Part shown: positions 19,595-27,236 of the stretch, piece after piece
Position numbering within the stretch: the first letter of the stretch is position 1
How the letters are laid out: each line of letters begins with the position of its first letter
Notes under the pieces: model-generated
The model's database searches: none
What the model saw: only the letters and a program-made list of their open reading frames with translations
Told to the model about the DNA's origin: nothing
Origin: a virus
Lineage: Duplodnaviria; Caudoviricetes
DNA: 64,000 nucleotides
Reading direction: 5' to 3' (one strand)
Virus record (IMG/VR): IMGVR_UViG_3300032239_001501
Location: 32,001 to 96,000 of that record
Made by a program: the position numbers and the translations under genes

Positions 19595-19756
19595 ATGAAA
19601 ACAAAGAAAGAAATAAAGAACATAAAGATATCACCTGAATCACACAATATATTGAAAATATACTGTGATAAGAGGGGAATTAAAATCTATAAATTTCTTG
19701 AAAATTTAATTATAGAAAAGTGTAAAGAGAAGAAAGATATCTATGGTGAGGATTAA
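19595..19756 (+). CDS. Small ribbon-helix-helix-like DNA-binding protein (53 aa, below the ORF track cutoff)
   Basis: MKTKKEIKNIKISPESHNILKIYCDKRGIKIYKFLENLIIEKCKEKKDIYGED: alternating beta-strand KNIKI, helix, G turn, helix. Confidence 0.65.
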   Translation: MKTKKEIKNIKISPESHNILKIYCDKRGIKIYKFLENLIIEKCKEKKDIYGED

Positions 19757-20793
19757 ACTAGTTTGTTTTCAAACTGAATAACTGACTGTAAAGTGTCATC
19801 TATTTTTGTAACTTCTATCCTTAAAACATCATTAGTTGTAATTTGTATGATGTTAACATCGCTTCCATAATAATTGTTATTTATATACACATCATAAGTC
19901 TGAACATTATCACTTCCTACTAAACTCATGTTTGCGGTAAAATCAATTACATCAACTAATATGGTAACGCCTGAAACAAAAAGAAAATTAAAATCAAATT
20001 CATCAGGATTTTTTGGAAATTTATTTCTTTTTCTGTTTGGGGTTCTTGTATCAACTTCAAATAGTTGGGTTATTCTTTGAATTGCTGGTTTAACTTGAAA
20101 TTCTTCTTCGTCAATCAGATATCCTAACATTGTAAAATCATAAGATTGGAGATAAAATTTTCTGGATTCAGTTGTCATTTGAGATTCATCTGAAATATTA
20201 TTCATAACAATTGGAACATATTGTCCTTTAATGAATGTATAAGCTTGTCTTGATGAAAACTTTTGCATTACAATCTTATTAAGTTCATTCAATTCTCTCA
20301 TTCTATTACAAACAATCTTAACACTATAATTGATATCAACTGGAACTGGTTGTGGTATTGTGTAGATATCCATACCTTGTTCATTACCGTTCCAAGTTGG
20401 AACTGAGGCATAATAAAATTGTTTTCTATTTGGAATTGTATATTGAAGTGATGGGTTTGTACCATACTTAACTTCAGGGCTTCTAACAACAGTAATAAAT
20501 GGCGGTTCAGGATTATTATCCATATCAACAAATTGTGCCGTTTCAACATATTGTGACCAGTTTTGTGTTGTGATTAAAATATCCAACATCGGAACAATTT
20601 TTCCTGCGGTAACAACTTGTAAATCTCCTTTAACAAAATCAAGCATTCCTCTATCCAAATCAGCATGCAAAACTGACTTAGGAAGATAAGTCCCATCTTT
20701 GTTGATGTATTCCAATAATTGCTCTCTACGAGCATATAATGTTTTTTTTGGAACTAACGGTAATGTTTTTTTTATTTGTTTTGGAAATCCCAT
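19753..20793 (-). CDS. Tail terminator / sheath stabiliser-like protein (T4 gp15-like)
   Basis: PVPVDINYSVKIVCNRMRELNEL resembles the gp15-family PVPY motif; lies in the neck/tail context. Confidence 0.55.
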   Translation of the reverse strand: MGFPKQIKKTLPLVPKKTLYARREQLLEYINKDGTYLPKSVLHADLDRGMLDFVKGDLQVVTAGKIVPMLDILITTQNWSQYVETAQFVDMDNNPEPPFITVVRSPEVKYGTNPSLQYTIPNRKQFYYASVPTWNGNEQGMDIYTIPQPVPVDINYSVKIVCNRMRELNELNKIVMQKFSSRQAYTFIKGQYVPIVMNNISDESQMTTESRKFYLQSYDFTMLGYLIDEEEFQVKPAIQRITQLFEVDTRTPNRKRNKFPKNPDEFDFNFLFVSGVTILVDVIDFTANMSLVGSDNVQTYDVYINNNYYGSDVNIIQITTNDVLRIEVTKIDDTLQSVIQFENKLV

Positions 20794-20794
20794 A

Positions 20795-21208
20795 TTACTT
20801 TTTTGTTACAACTATTTTATTTTTTGAATTAATCATATCCACTTCTTTTGCGTTATAAACTGGTTCTTCGCCATCTTTATACACAAAAGTATCAAACTTG
20901 TATGGGTCATATGTCACAATTTTTCCAAACTTTGTGACAGGTAAATCATCACAAGGATATTCACAATAATCCAATAATTTTCCAATTACAAAGGCATGAA
21001 CATTTTTTCTTTTTTCATCACGAACTTTTGATTTACCACCTTGTCTAACTCTAAATTCAACATCTTCAAGTTTAACATAATCGGCATGCATTATAACTTT
21101 ACTATCATATGTGACTGAAAAGGTATGTTTGTGTAAATTATAATACACCATAACTTTCTTACCAAGAAATAATGAATCAAATTGTGATTCTGTTATAATA
21201 ACTTTCAT
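20795..21208 (-). CDS. Hypothetical phage protein with an MKVIITESQ leader
   Basis: Intact ORF coupled to its neighbours; VYYNLHK and KRKNVHAFV blocks look like a conserved phage family, function unknown. Confidence 0.6.
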   Translation of the reverse strand: MKVIITESQFDSLFLGKKVMVYYNLHKHTFSVTYDSKVIMHADYVKLEDVEFRVRQGGKSKVRDEKRKNVHAFVIGKLLDYCEYPCDDLPVTKFGKIVTYDPYKFDTFVYKDGEEPVYNAKEVDMINSKNKIVVTKK

Positions 21209-21840
21209 TATAAGATTTTATTACTTTTTTTTAAATTATCTTCAGCCCAAAGAGGTTGTAAGTTTGTGTAATGACAAAGTTCATAAATTTGTTCTTCTGT
21301 TTTTGCGGATGATAGTGGTATTATGTGGTCAATATGCCATTTGCCATAATTTTCCCAAGACATATTATGATTAAATTGTTTTTCTAAATATTCTTTAAGT
21401 TGTGAATAAGAACATCCAATAATATCTAATGAATGGTTTTTTTTATTTTTTAAAAATTTATTAATTCTAATTCTTATATTTCTACTCAACTTAAATAAAC
21501 TATCGGTTTTTAATCTTTGAGTACTATAATTGTTTTTATATTCTTTTCTCTTATCTTTATTTTTTTCCTCCCACTTTTTATTTCTTTTTCTATATGAATT
21601 ACGAAAGTTGTCTTCATGTTTTATTGACCATTTTTTAGTCCTTTCTTTTTGAATTTCAGGTGATAAAGAATATTGAATTCTACATTTTTCATTAATAACT
21701 TCTCTATTCTTTTCACGATAAAGTTTTGATACGAATTTTTGACATTCTCTACATTCACTTCTTTTACCATCAGAATAACGTTTACTGAGATTGAACTCAC
21801 ATAATTCTTTATTAATATTACATTTACTACACTTTTTCAT
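21208..21840 (-). CDS. Free-standing HNH endonuclease with N-terminal Zn-finger (probable homing endonuclease)
   Basis: KKCSKC...CRECQ; WHIDHIIPL...HYTNLQPLWAEDNLKKSNK. Confidence 0.85.
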   Translation of the reverse strand: MKKCSKCNINKELCEFNLSKRYSDGKRSECRECQKFVSKLYREKNREVINEKCRIQYSLSPEIQKERTKKWSIKHEDNFRNSYRKRNKKWEEKNKDKRKEYKNNYSTQRLKTDSLFKLSRNIRIRINKFLKNKKNHSLDIIGCSYSQLKEYLEKQFNHNMSWENYGKWHIDHIIPLSSAKTEEQIYELCHYTNLQPLWAEDNLKKSNKIL

Positions 21841-21841
21841 A

Positions 21842-22354
21842 TTATAATCCTCTAAATTCGTTTTCCGAAACCCATGTTGCCATGATAGTCCTATAGTATG
21901 GTTTTACGCCTCCATACGAGTGGCGGTTATCCGAAACAACAATACCATCATCAATTACGGTATAGTATCTAACTCTATCTTCAGTTTCATAATACCCAAT
22001 ATAATCACCCATAAAAATATTCACATTAATATCATCCAAAGTTTTTTGATAAATGGAAAATTTCATATTACCTGGTTCATCTTGTTTAACTTTTGAATTA
22101 CCCAATAATTTGTTTGTTGGAGCCATTATTTGAACAAGACCTTTTAACTCAACGGGAGCCAAAAATTGAATACCATCTTCAAGAACTTCACCATAGACAT
22201 CATCTGTTTTTGTTTTATACCTATCAATACGATAAAGTATAACTGTGAAATTCATATCGCCGAGAAGCCATTCTTCTCCCATACCAATATCAAGTGCGAG
22301 ATCTTCCCCACCAAAGAATTTTCCTAAACGAGTTATAGGTACTAAATTTTCCAT
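21842..22354 (-). CDS. Neck/head-closure-like protein (T4 gp14-like)
   Basis: VILYRID..TDDVYGE..F.APVEL and GDYI motifs; near the terminator and neck genes. Confidence 0.55.
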   Translation of the reverse strand: MENLVPITRLGKFFGGEDLALDIGMGEEWLLGDMNFTVILYRIDRYKTKTDDVYGEVLEDGIQFLAPVELKGLVQIMAPTNKLLGNSKVKQDEPGNMKFSIYQKTLDDINVNIFMGDYIGYYETEDRVRYYTVIDDGIVVSDNRHSYGGVKPYYRTIMATWVSENEFRGL

Positions 22355-22355
22355 A

Positions 22356-22386
22356 TTGATAAATACTCAAAAGATAACTATATTTA
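22356..22386 (+). promoter_or_regulatory. Putative host-type (Bacteroidota -33/-7) promoter for the helicase
   Basis: TTG-N20-TATATTTA, one mismatch from TAnnTTTG; overlaps the divergent TATTTAT motif of the neck gene. Confidence 0.4.
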
Positions 22387-22406
22387 ATACAAAGATTTTT
22401 TAATAG

Positions 22407-24158
22407 ATGGAAATAAGTTTAGAATCAAGAGCAATGTCCTTATTGGAAACATATGAGGGTGCGAATAACTATTTGCTTGAGATAAAAAGAAAATCCCAAA
22501 TTAATAAAAAATTCTACCCAACAAGAAGTCAATCTGAATATATTATTGCCAATCACGACAAGACACCAAAGGTCGCCAAAAAATGGGTTATACTTGACGC
22601 TTACTTCGCACAAAAACTTGCCGATGATAAATTATTAACTGTAATTCCTGAAAAGATATGGGTTGAAAAGTTATTGGCGGATAAAGAAAAGGCTTATCAC
22701 ATTTGGGGCAAAATAACTGAATCACAAGAACTCCATGATTTTTGGTTGCCAAAAGCCGCAATTATAAAAGATAATACCGTTAAAAATGTTGTAATTAATT
22801 ATGAAAAATATTCTCACCGTCCACCATTATCTCACCAAAAAGAAGCTATCCAAAAATTGGTTGAAAATAAAAAGTTCATTTTGGCTGATGATATGGGACT
22901 TGGCAAAACTACTTCCACTATTATTGCCGCTATAGAATCCAATTCAAAAAAAATATTAATCATTTGTCCAGCAACACTTAAAATTAACTGGAAAAGAGAA
23001 ATTGAAAATTACTCTGATAAATCTGTCTACATTGCCGAAGGTAAAAATTTTAGTTCAGATGCCGACTATGTTATAATAAACTACGATATAATAAAAAATT
23101 TCCATGACCCTAAGAAAAAAACTGACTCGCAAATTATTAACTCCAATTTTGATTTGGTTATCGTTGACGAAGCACACTATATCAAAAATGGTTCAGCCCA
23201 AAGAACAAAACTAATCAATGACCTTGTAAAAAAAGTTGATAGACTTTGGTTATTGTCAGGAACTCCAATGACCTCAAGACCAATGGATTATTTTAATCTA
23301 CTAAGTTTGGTTGATTCCCCTGTTGCCAAAAATTGGATGGCTTATGCTATCAGATATTGTAGTGGGTATCAATTTAATACTGGTGGTAGAAAAATATGGA
23401 ATGTAACAGGATCTAGTAATCTTGAAGAATTAAGAGATAGAACATCATCAACAATATTAAGAAGATTGAAAGAAGATGTTCTTGACCTACCTGATAAAAT
23501 TATAACTCCAGTATATCTAAGATTAAGATCAAAAAATTACGAGGAAGTAATGGGAGAGTATTATGATTGGTACGATAAAAATCCTGATGATTCTAAATCA
23601 TTAACAGTTCAATTTACCAAACTAACAAAAGTTAGACAAATAATTGCGGATGAGAAAATAAGTCAAACAATTGAACTTGCAGAAAATATTATAGAACAAA
23701 ATAAAAAAGTTATTATTTTTTGTAATTTTACTGACTCACTTAATAAAATTGCAGAACACTTTGGAAAAATAGCAGTTAAGCTTGATGGATCTATGTCTAA
23801 ACCAAATAGACAACATAGCGTAGATGAGTTCCAAGATAATGAAAAGGTAAAAGTTTTTGTTTCAAATTTGAAAGCGGGTGGGGTAGGTATTACTTTAACC
23901 GCCGCTGAGGCAGTCATTTTTAATGATATATCGTTTGTTCCTTCAGATATGGCACAAGGAGAAGATAGAGCGTATAGGTATGGGCAAAAATCAAACGTTT
24001 TGGTATATTACCCTATTTTTGAAAATACCGTTGAAGCGGTAATATATGATATGGTTAACGCAAAAAAACAAATAATTTCCACCGTTATGGGCGATAATCA
24101 AGATAATGGTGATGTTGCTGAAGAAATCTTAAAGAGAATTAATGAAATGCGTCGTTAA
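22407..24158 (+). CDS. SNF2-family (SMARCAL1/HARP-like) helicase/translocase
   Basis: LADDMGLGKT (Walker A), DEAH, LSGTP, RRLK, GGVGITLT, QGEDRAYRYGQ. Confidence 0.92.
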   Translation: MEISLESRAMSLLETYEGANNYLLEIKRKSQINKKFYPTRSQSEYIIANHDKTPKVAKKWVILDAYFAQKLADDKLLTVIPEKIWVEKLLADKEKAYHIWGKITESQELHDFWLPKAAIIKDNTVKNVVINYEKYSHRPPLSHQKEAIQKLVENKKFILADDMGLGKTTSTIIAAIESNSKKILIICPATLKINWKREIENYSDKSVYIAEGKNFSSDADYVIINYDIIKNFHDPKKKTDSQIINSNFDLVIVDEAHYIKNGSAQRTKLINDLVKKVDRLWLLSGTPMTSRPMDYFNLLSLVDSPVAKNWMAYAIRYCSGYQFNTGGRKIWNVTGSSNLEELRDRTSSTILRRLKEDVLDLPDKIITPVYLRLRSKNYEEVMGEYYDWYDKNPDDSKSLTVQFTKLTKVRQIIADEKISQTIELAENIIEQNKKVIIFCNFTDSLNKIAEHFGKIAVKLDGSMSKPNRQHSVDEFQDNEKVKVFVSNLKAGGVGITLTAAEAVIFNDISFVPSDMAQGEDRAYRYGQKSNVLVYYPIFENTVEAVIYDMVNAKKQIISTVMGDNQDNGDVAEEILKRINEMRR

Positions 24159-24166
24159 ACAAAAAC

Positions 24167-24195
24167 TGGATTATTTATATGAAATGGATAATCCA
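24167..24195 (+). promoter_or_regulatory. Hairpin containing the TATTTAT motif, 5 nt upstream of the SOD start
   Basis: TGGATTATTTAT-ATGAA-ATGGATAATCCA forms a 12-bp stem with two G:U pairs on the plus strand. Confidence 0.55.
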
Positions 24196-24200
24196 AAAAT

Positions 24201-25739
24201 ATGAAAAAAATAAAAGAAAAAATAACACTCATTGAAACACAAATACTTGAGACCCACATTACACAAGAAAAAGAGTTGTTATTGACAGAAATGAAAAAGA
24301 TAGGTATAGAAAAATTACCTTATTCTTACTCCGCCCTCAAAACGTTTATTGATCCAGAGACAATGAACTTTCACTACAACAAACATTATAAGGGATATGT
24401 GGATAAATTAAACGACGCTCTATCAAAGAAAAAATACGGAGATTTAGAGTTAGAACAAATTATCAAAAATATAAGTCGTTACGATAAAACAATCAGAAAC
24501 AATGCTGGTGGTGCTTTTAACCACGCATTGTTTTGGAATATGTTAACCCCAACACCAAAAAAATTAGGTGGGGAACTCTACAAAAAACTTACAAAACAAT
24601 ACGGGACATTTACTGCATTCAAAAAAGAATTTGATAAGGTTGCCAAAGATAGATTTGGATCTGGATGGGTTTGGTTGGTATTAACCGCCAAAAATACATT
24701 CAAGATTATGTCTACACCTAATCAGGATAATCCATTAATGAATGTTATTGAAGGTGGAGGATTTCCATTGTTGGGATTAGATTTATGGGAACATGCTTAT
24801 TATTTGAAGTATAGAAATAAAAGAGATGAATACATCACAAACTTTTGGAAAGTTGTGAATTGGGATTTTGTTTCCAAAATGTATGAAATGAAAACTGAAA
24901 CAAAATTAATGGAATCGGTTATGTTAGAAAAATTATTGACTGAGTCTGTTGACGCAAAATTCTGTGAACCTAAAGAAGTTTTATTTTATAAAGAATTAAT
25001 AAATAATTCTCGTATTAAAAAAATATATCAAGATGGTGTTACCGACGCATTAAAGCAAGTATTTCATCAATTTTGGGTAGATGGAACAAGTAGTGAAATG
25101 TCAGGATTTTATGGTGTTGAATCAAAAGAAGGTAGGTCAATATTAAATAATCTTAATACAAACTTTAATACATTTTGTTTGCTTGTTAAGGCAGTTAATA
25201 AAGAAATTGTAAAAATTGGAAAAGAAGAAAAAATGTTTGATTTTTCTAAAAAAGAAAAAAGAACTGTGTCTGAAATTACAAGATTTGTTAAAGCATTAGA
25301 CCATTTTAAAAAAGATATTTTCACCAAACACAATGAAGATTTTCTTAACATAATAAGAGTTTTAAAGAAACTATGGGATAGAGGTCAAAAATCTGAAGAT
25401 AATGTATTAAAGAAAGTTGAAGATTATTTTGAAGGAAATGCCAAGTTAATTAAAGTTGGTGGACATGGACAAAAAAATGATGCTATTAAAGGTATTGATT
25501 TGAAAATAGAAATGGATGGAAAAATCCATACCGCTCAAGTAAAACCATATTCAAATACATCACTTGATGGAGATAAAGTTAAATTATATGATACTGGAAA
25601 TGTTAAACCATATAATGTGGATTGGTTAATTTTTATTCAAACTAAAACAAAGAAAATTTTAATATTTAAAAATAATCCAATAAGTAATGAGAATGTTTAT
25701 GTATTTAAGATAACTTCTCTATTATACGAAATAGAATAG
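24201..25739 (+). CDS. sod: Fe/Mn superoxide dismutase fused to a C-terminal PD-(D/E)XK-like domain
   Basis: MNFHYNKH, NNAGGAFNHALFW, FGSGWVWL, NQDNP, DLWEHAYY: all four metal ligands present. An extra ~270 aa carry GIDLKI...AQVK. Confidence 0.9.
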   Translation: MKKIKEKITLIETQILETHITQEKELLLTEMKKIGIEKLPYSYSALKTFIDPETMNFHYNKHYKGYVDKLNDALSKKKYGDLELEQIIKNISRYDKTIRNNAGGAFNHALFWNMLTPTPKKLGGELYKKLTKQYGTFTAFKKEFDKVAKDRFGSGWVWLVLTAKNTFKIMSTPNQDNPLMNVIEGGGFPLLGLDLWEHAYYLKYRNKRDEYITNFWKVVNWDFVSKMYEMKTETKLMESVMLEKLLTESVDAKFCEPKEVLFYKELINNSRIKKIYQDGVTDALKQVFHQFWVDGTSSEMSGFYGVESKEGRSILNNLNTNFNTFCLLVKAVNKEIVKIGKEEKMFDFSKKEKRTVSEITRFVKALDHFKKDIFTKHNEDFLNIIRVLKKLWDRGQKSEDNVLKKVEDYFEGNAKLIKVGGHGQKNDAIKGIDLKIEMDGKIHTAQVKPYSNTSLDGDKVKLYDTGNVKPYNVDWLIFIQTKTKKILIFKNNPISNENVYVFKITSLLYEIE

Positions 25740-25771
25740 TCAATATATTTATAGTTAATATAGTTATAATT

Positions 25772-26896
25772 ATGGCAGTTATACCAGAACCAGAAAGGTC
25801 AAAAATTTATACGAGAATCAAACATCTCTTAGGTGCCCCACTTAGAAGCGTGGAGGTTGAAGATGAAATGATGGATTCTTTAATGGAACTATCTATTCAA
25901 GATTACGAAGAATATATTCTACAATGGTTAATTGATAGTCAATGGGTTAACCTTGTTAATTTGAATATGAGCGAGAAATCTGTTGCTAAAGCATTGGTTA
26001 CAAGAACAATGGATTTTGAACAACAATTTGCATACTCATACTCTAAAATTGTAGGTCTTCAAACTATGGGGCCTTGGGTACTTAAAAAAGATTATTTTAC
26101 TTTAAGTGCTAACACACAAAACTACGAAATTCCTGCAGGAAGAGAGGTTAATGAATTGTTATGGTTTAGTGACCAAGCTTGGACGGCATTTGGTTTGGGT
26201 GGTGTTTCTGGATTTGGTGCTGGTGTAGGACTTGGTGCTGACCAACCAGGATTTGCTCAAATGGGTAATCAAGGTTCTTATTACATGATGTCAGGATTTG
26301 ATTACTTAATTAGAATGCAAGAAGCCAATATTCTTAATAGAATATTAGGAGGATCATTAACTTATAGAATTACAGGGTTACCTGATGGTAAAAAAAATAT
26401 TTTCTTATATAATACTCCTGGTGGTAAATTTAATTGGAGTAGTTATAGTAACTACGTAGGAAAAGCTGTTTGGTATTGGTATTACGATGTAGGTCCAGAT
26501 GATAGAGCTGCTTGTTTAAAGGCAAATAAAGATATTATTTTATTACCAACTGATGTTCCTATTGAAGAATTAACATGGGAAGATTTGAATGTCCCTGGTA
26601 AACAATGGGTAAGAAGATGGTTTACTGCTTATGTTAAAGAAACTTTAGCAAGAGTAAGAGGAAAATATAGTGGAAATTTAAAAACTCCTGATTCAGAAAT
26701 AACAATGGATTACCAAAGTTTATTAACGGAAGCTAAAGATGAAAAATCTAAATTAATGGAAGAACTTACAGGGGCTGAAGGTTGGTTAACAAGATTAAGA
26801 CCTGAAAAAGTAATGGAAAGAGAATCTCTTATTGCCGAAAATTTAAATAAACAAATGAAGTTTAGAGCAATGCCTCGTCAAATATATGTAATTTAA
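25772..26896 (+). CDS. Neck/head-completion protein (T4 gp13-like)
   Basis: IKHLLGAPLRSVEVEDE and WVRRWFTAYVKETLARVRGKYSG...MDYQSLLTEAKDEK match the gp13-family pattern. Confidence 0.75.
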   Translation: MAVIPEPERSKIYTRIKHLLGAPLRSVEVEDEMMDSLMELSIQDYEEYILQWLIDSQWVNLVNLNMSEKSVAKALVTRTMDFEQQFAYSYSKIVGLQTMGPWVLKKDYFTLSANTQNYEIPAGREVNELLWFSDQAWTAFGLGGVSGFGAGVGLGADQPGFAQMGNQGSYYMMSGFDYLIRMQEANILNRILGGSLTYRITGLPDGKKNIFLYNTPGGKFNWSSYSNYVGKAVWYWYYDVGPDDRAACLKANKDIILLPTDVPIEELTWEDLNVPGKQWVRRWFTAYVKETLARVRGKYSGNLKTPDSEITMDYQSLLTEAKDEKSKLMEELTGAEGWLTRLRPEKVMERESLIAENLNKQMKFRAMPRQIYVI

Positions 26897-26900
26897 TTTT

Positions 26901-27236
26901 ATGGCAATAGTAAAAACAATACCCTCAAGAAGAATTATTAACGGAATGGCAATTGATACCTCAGAAATTTCAATGGTATCTGAATTAGATTATCGTACAA
27001 ACGGAGAAGAATGTATAATAGTTAGAGGTATTGCATTCTCTGTTATTATTCTTGATTCAAGAACCACTGACCATGTAGTAATTAAATCAATGACTCATTT
27101 AACAATTAAACCAGATGTTGGTAAGATTGATGAAGATTATGATGAATTAGTTATGGATAGATTCGCTTGTGTTGAATTTAGATTTGTTGGTGGTAATTGG
27201 TACATATTAAGTTCAGACGGACTTAAAGGATCCTAA
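26901..27236 (+). CDS. Hypothetical small beta-rich protein, probably virion-associated
   Basis: Intact ORF 4 nt after the neck gene; ends VEFRFVGGNWYILS. Confidence 0.55.
   Translation: MAIVKTIPSRRIINGMAIDTSEISMVSELDYRTNGEECIIVRGIAFSVIILDSRTTDHVVIKSMTHLTIKPDVGKIDEDYDELVMDRFACVEFRFVGGNWYILSSDGLKGS

Noticed and set aside
1-20793. Tail module as a bacterial extracellular contractile injection system or tailocin
   Set aside because: Neck proteins, PolB, helicase, sigma factor, dUTPase and PhoH, with no cellular housekeeping genes, indicate a phage genome.
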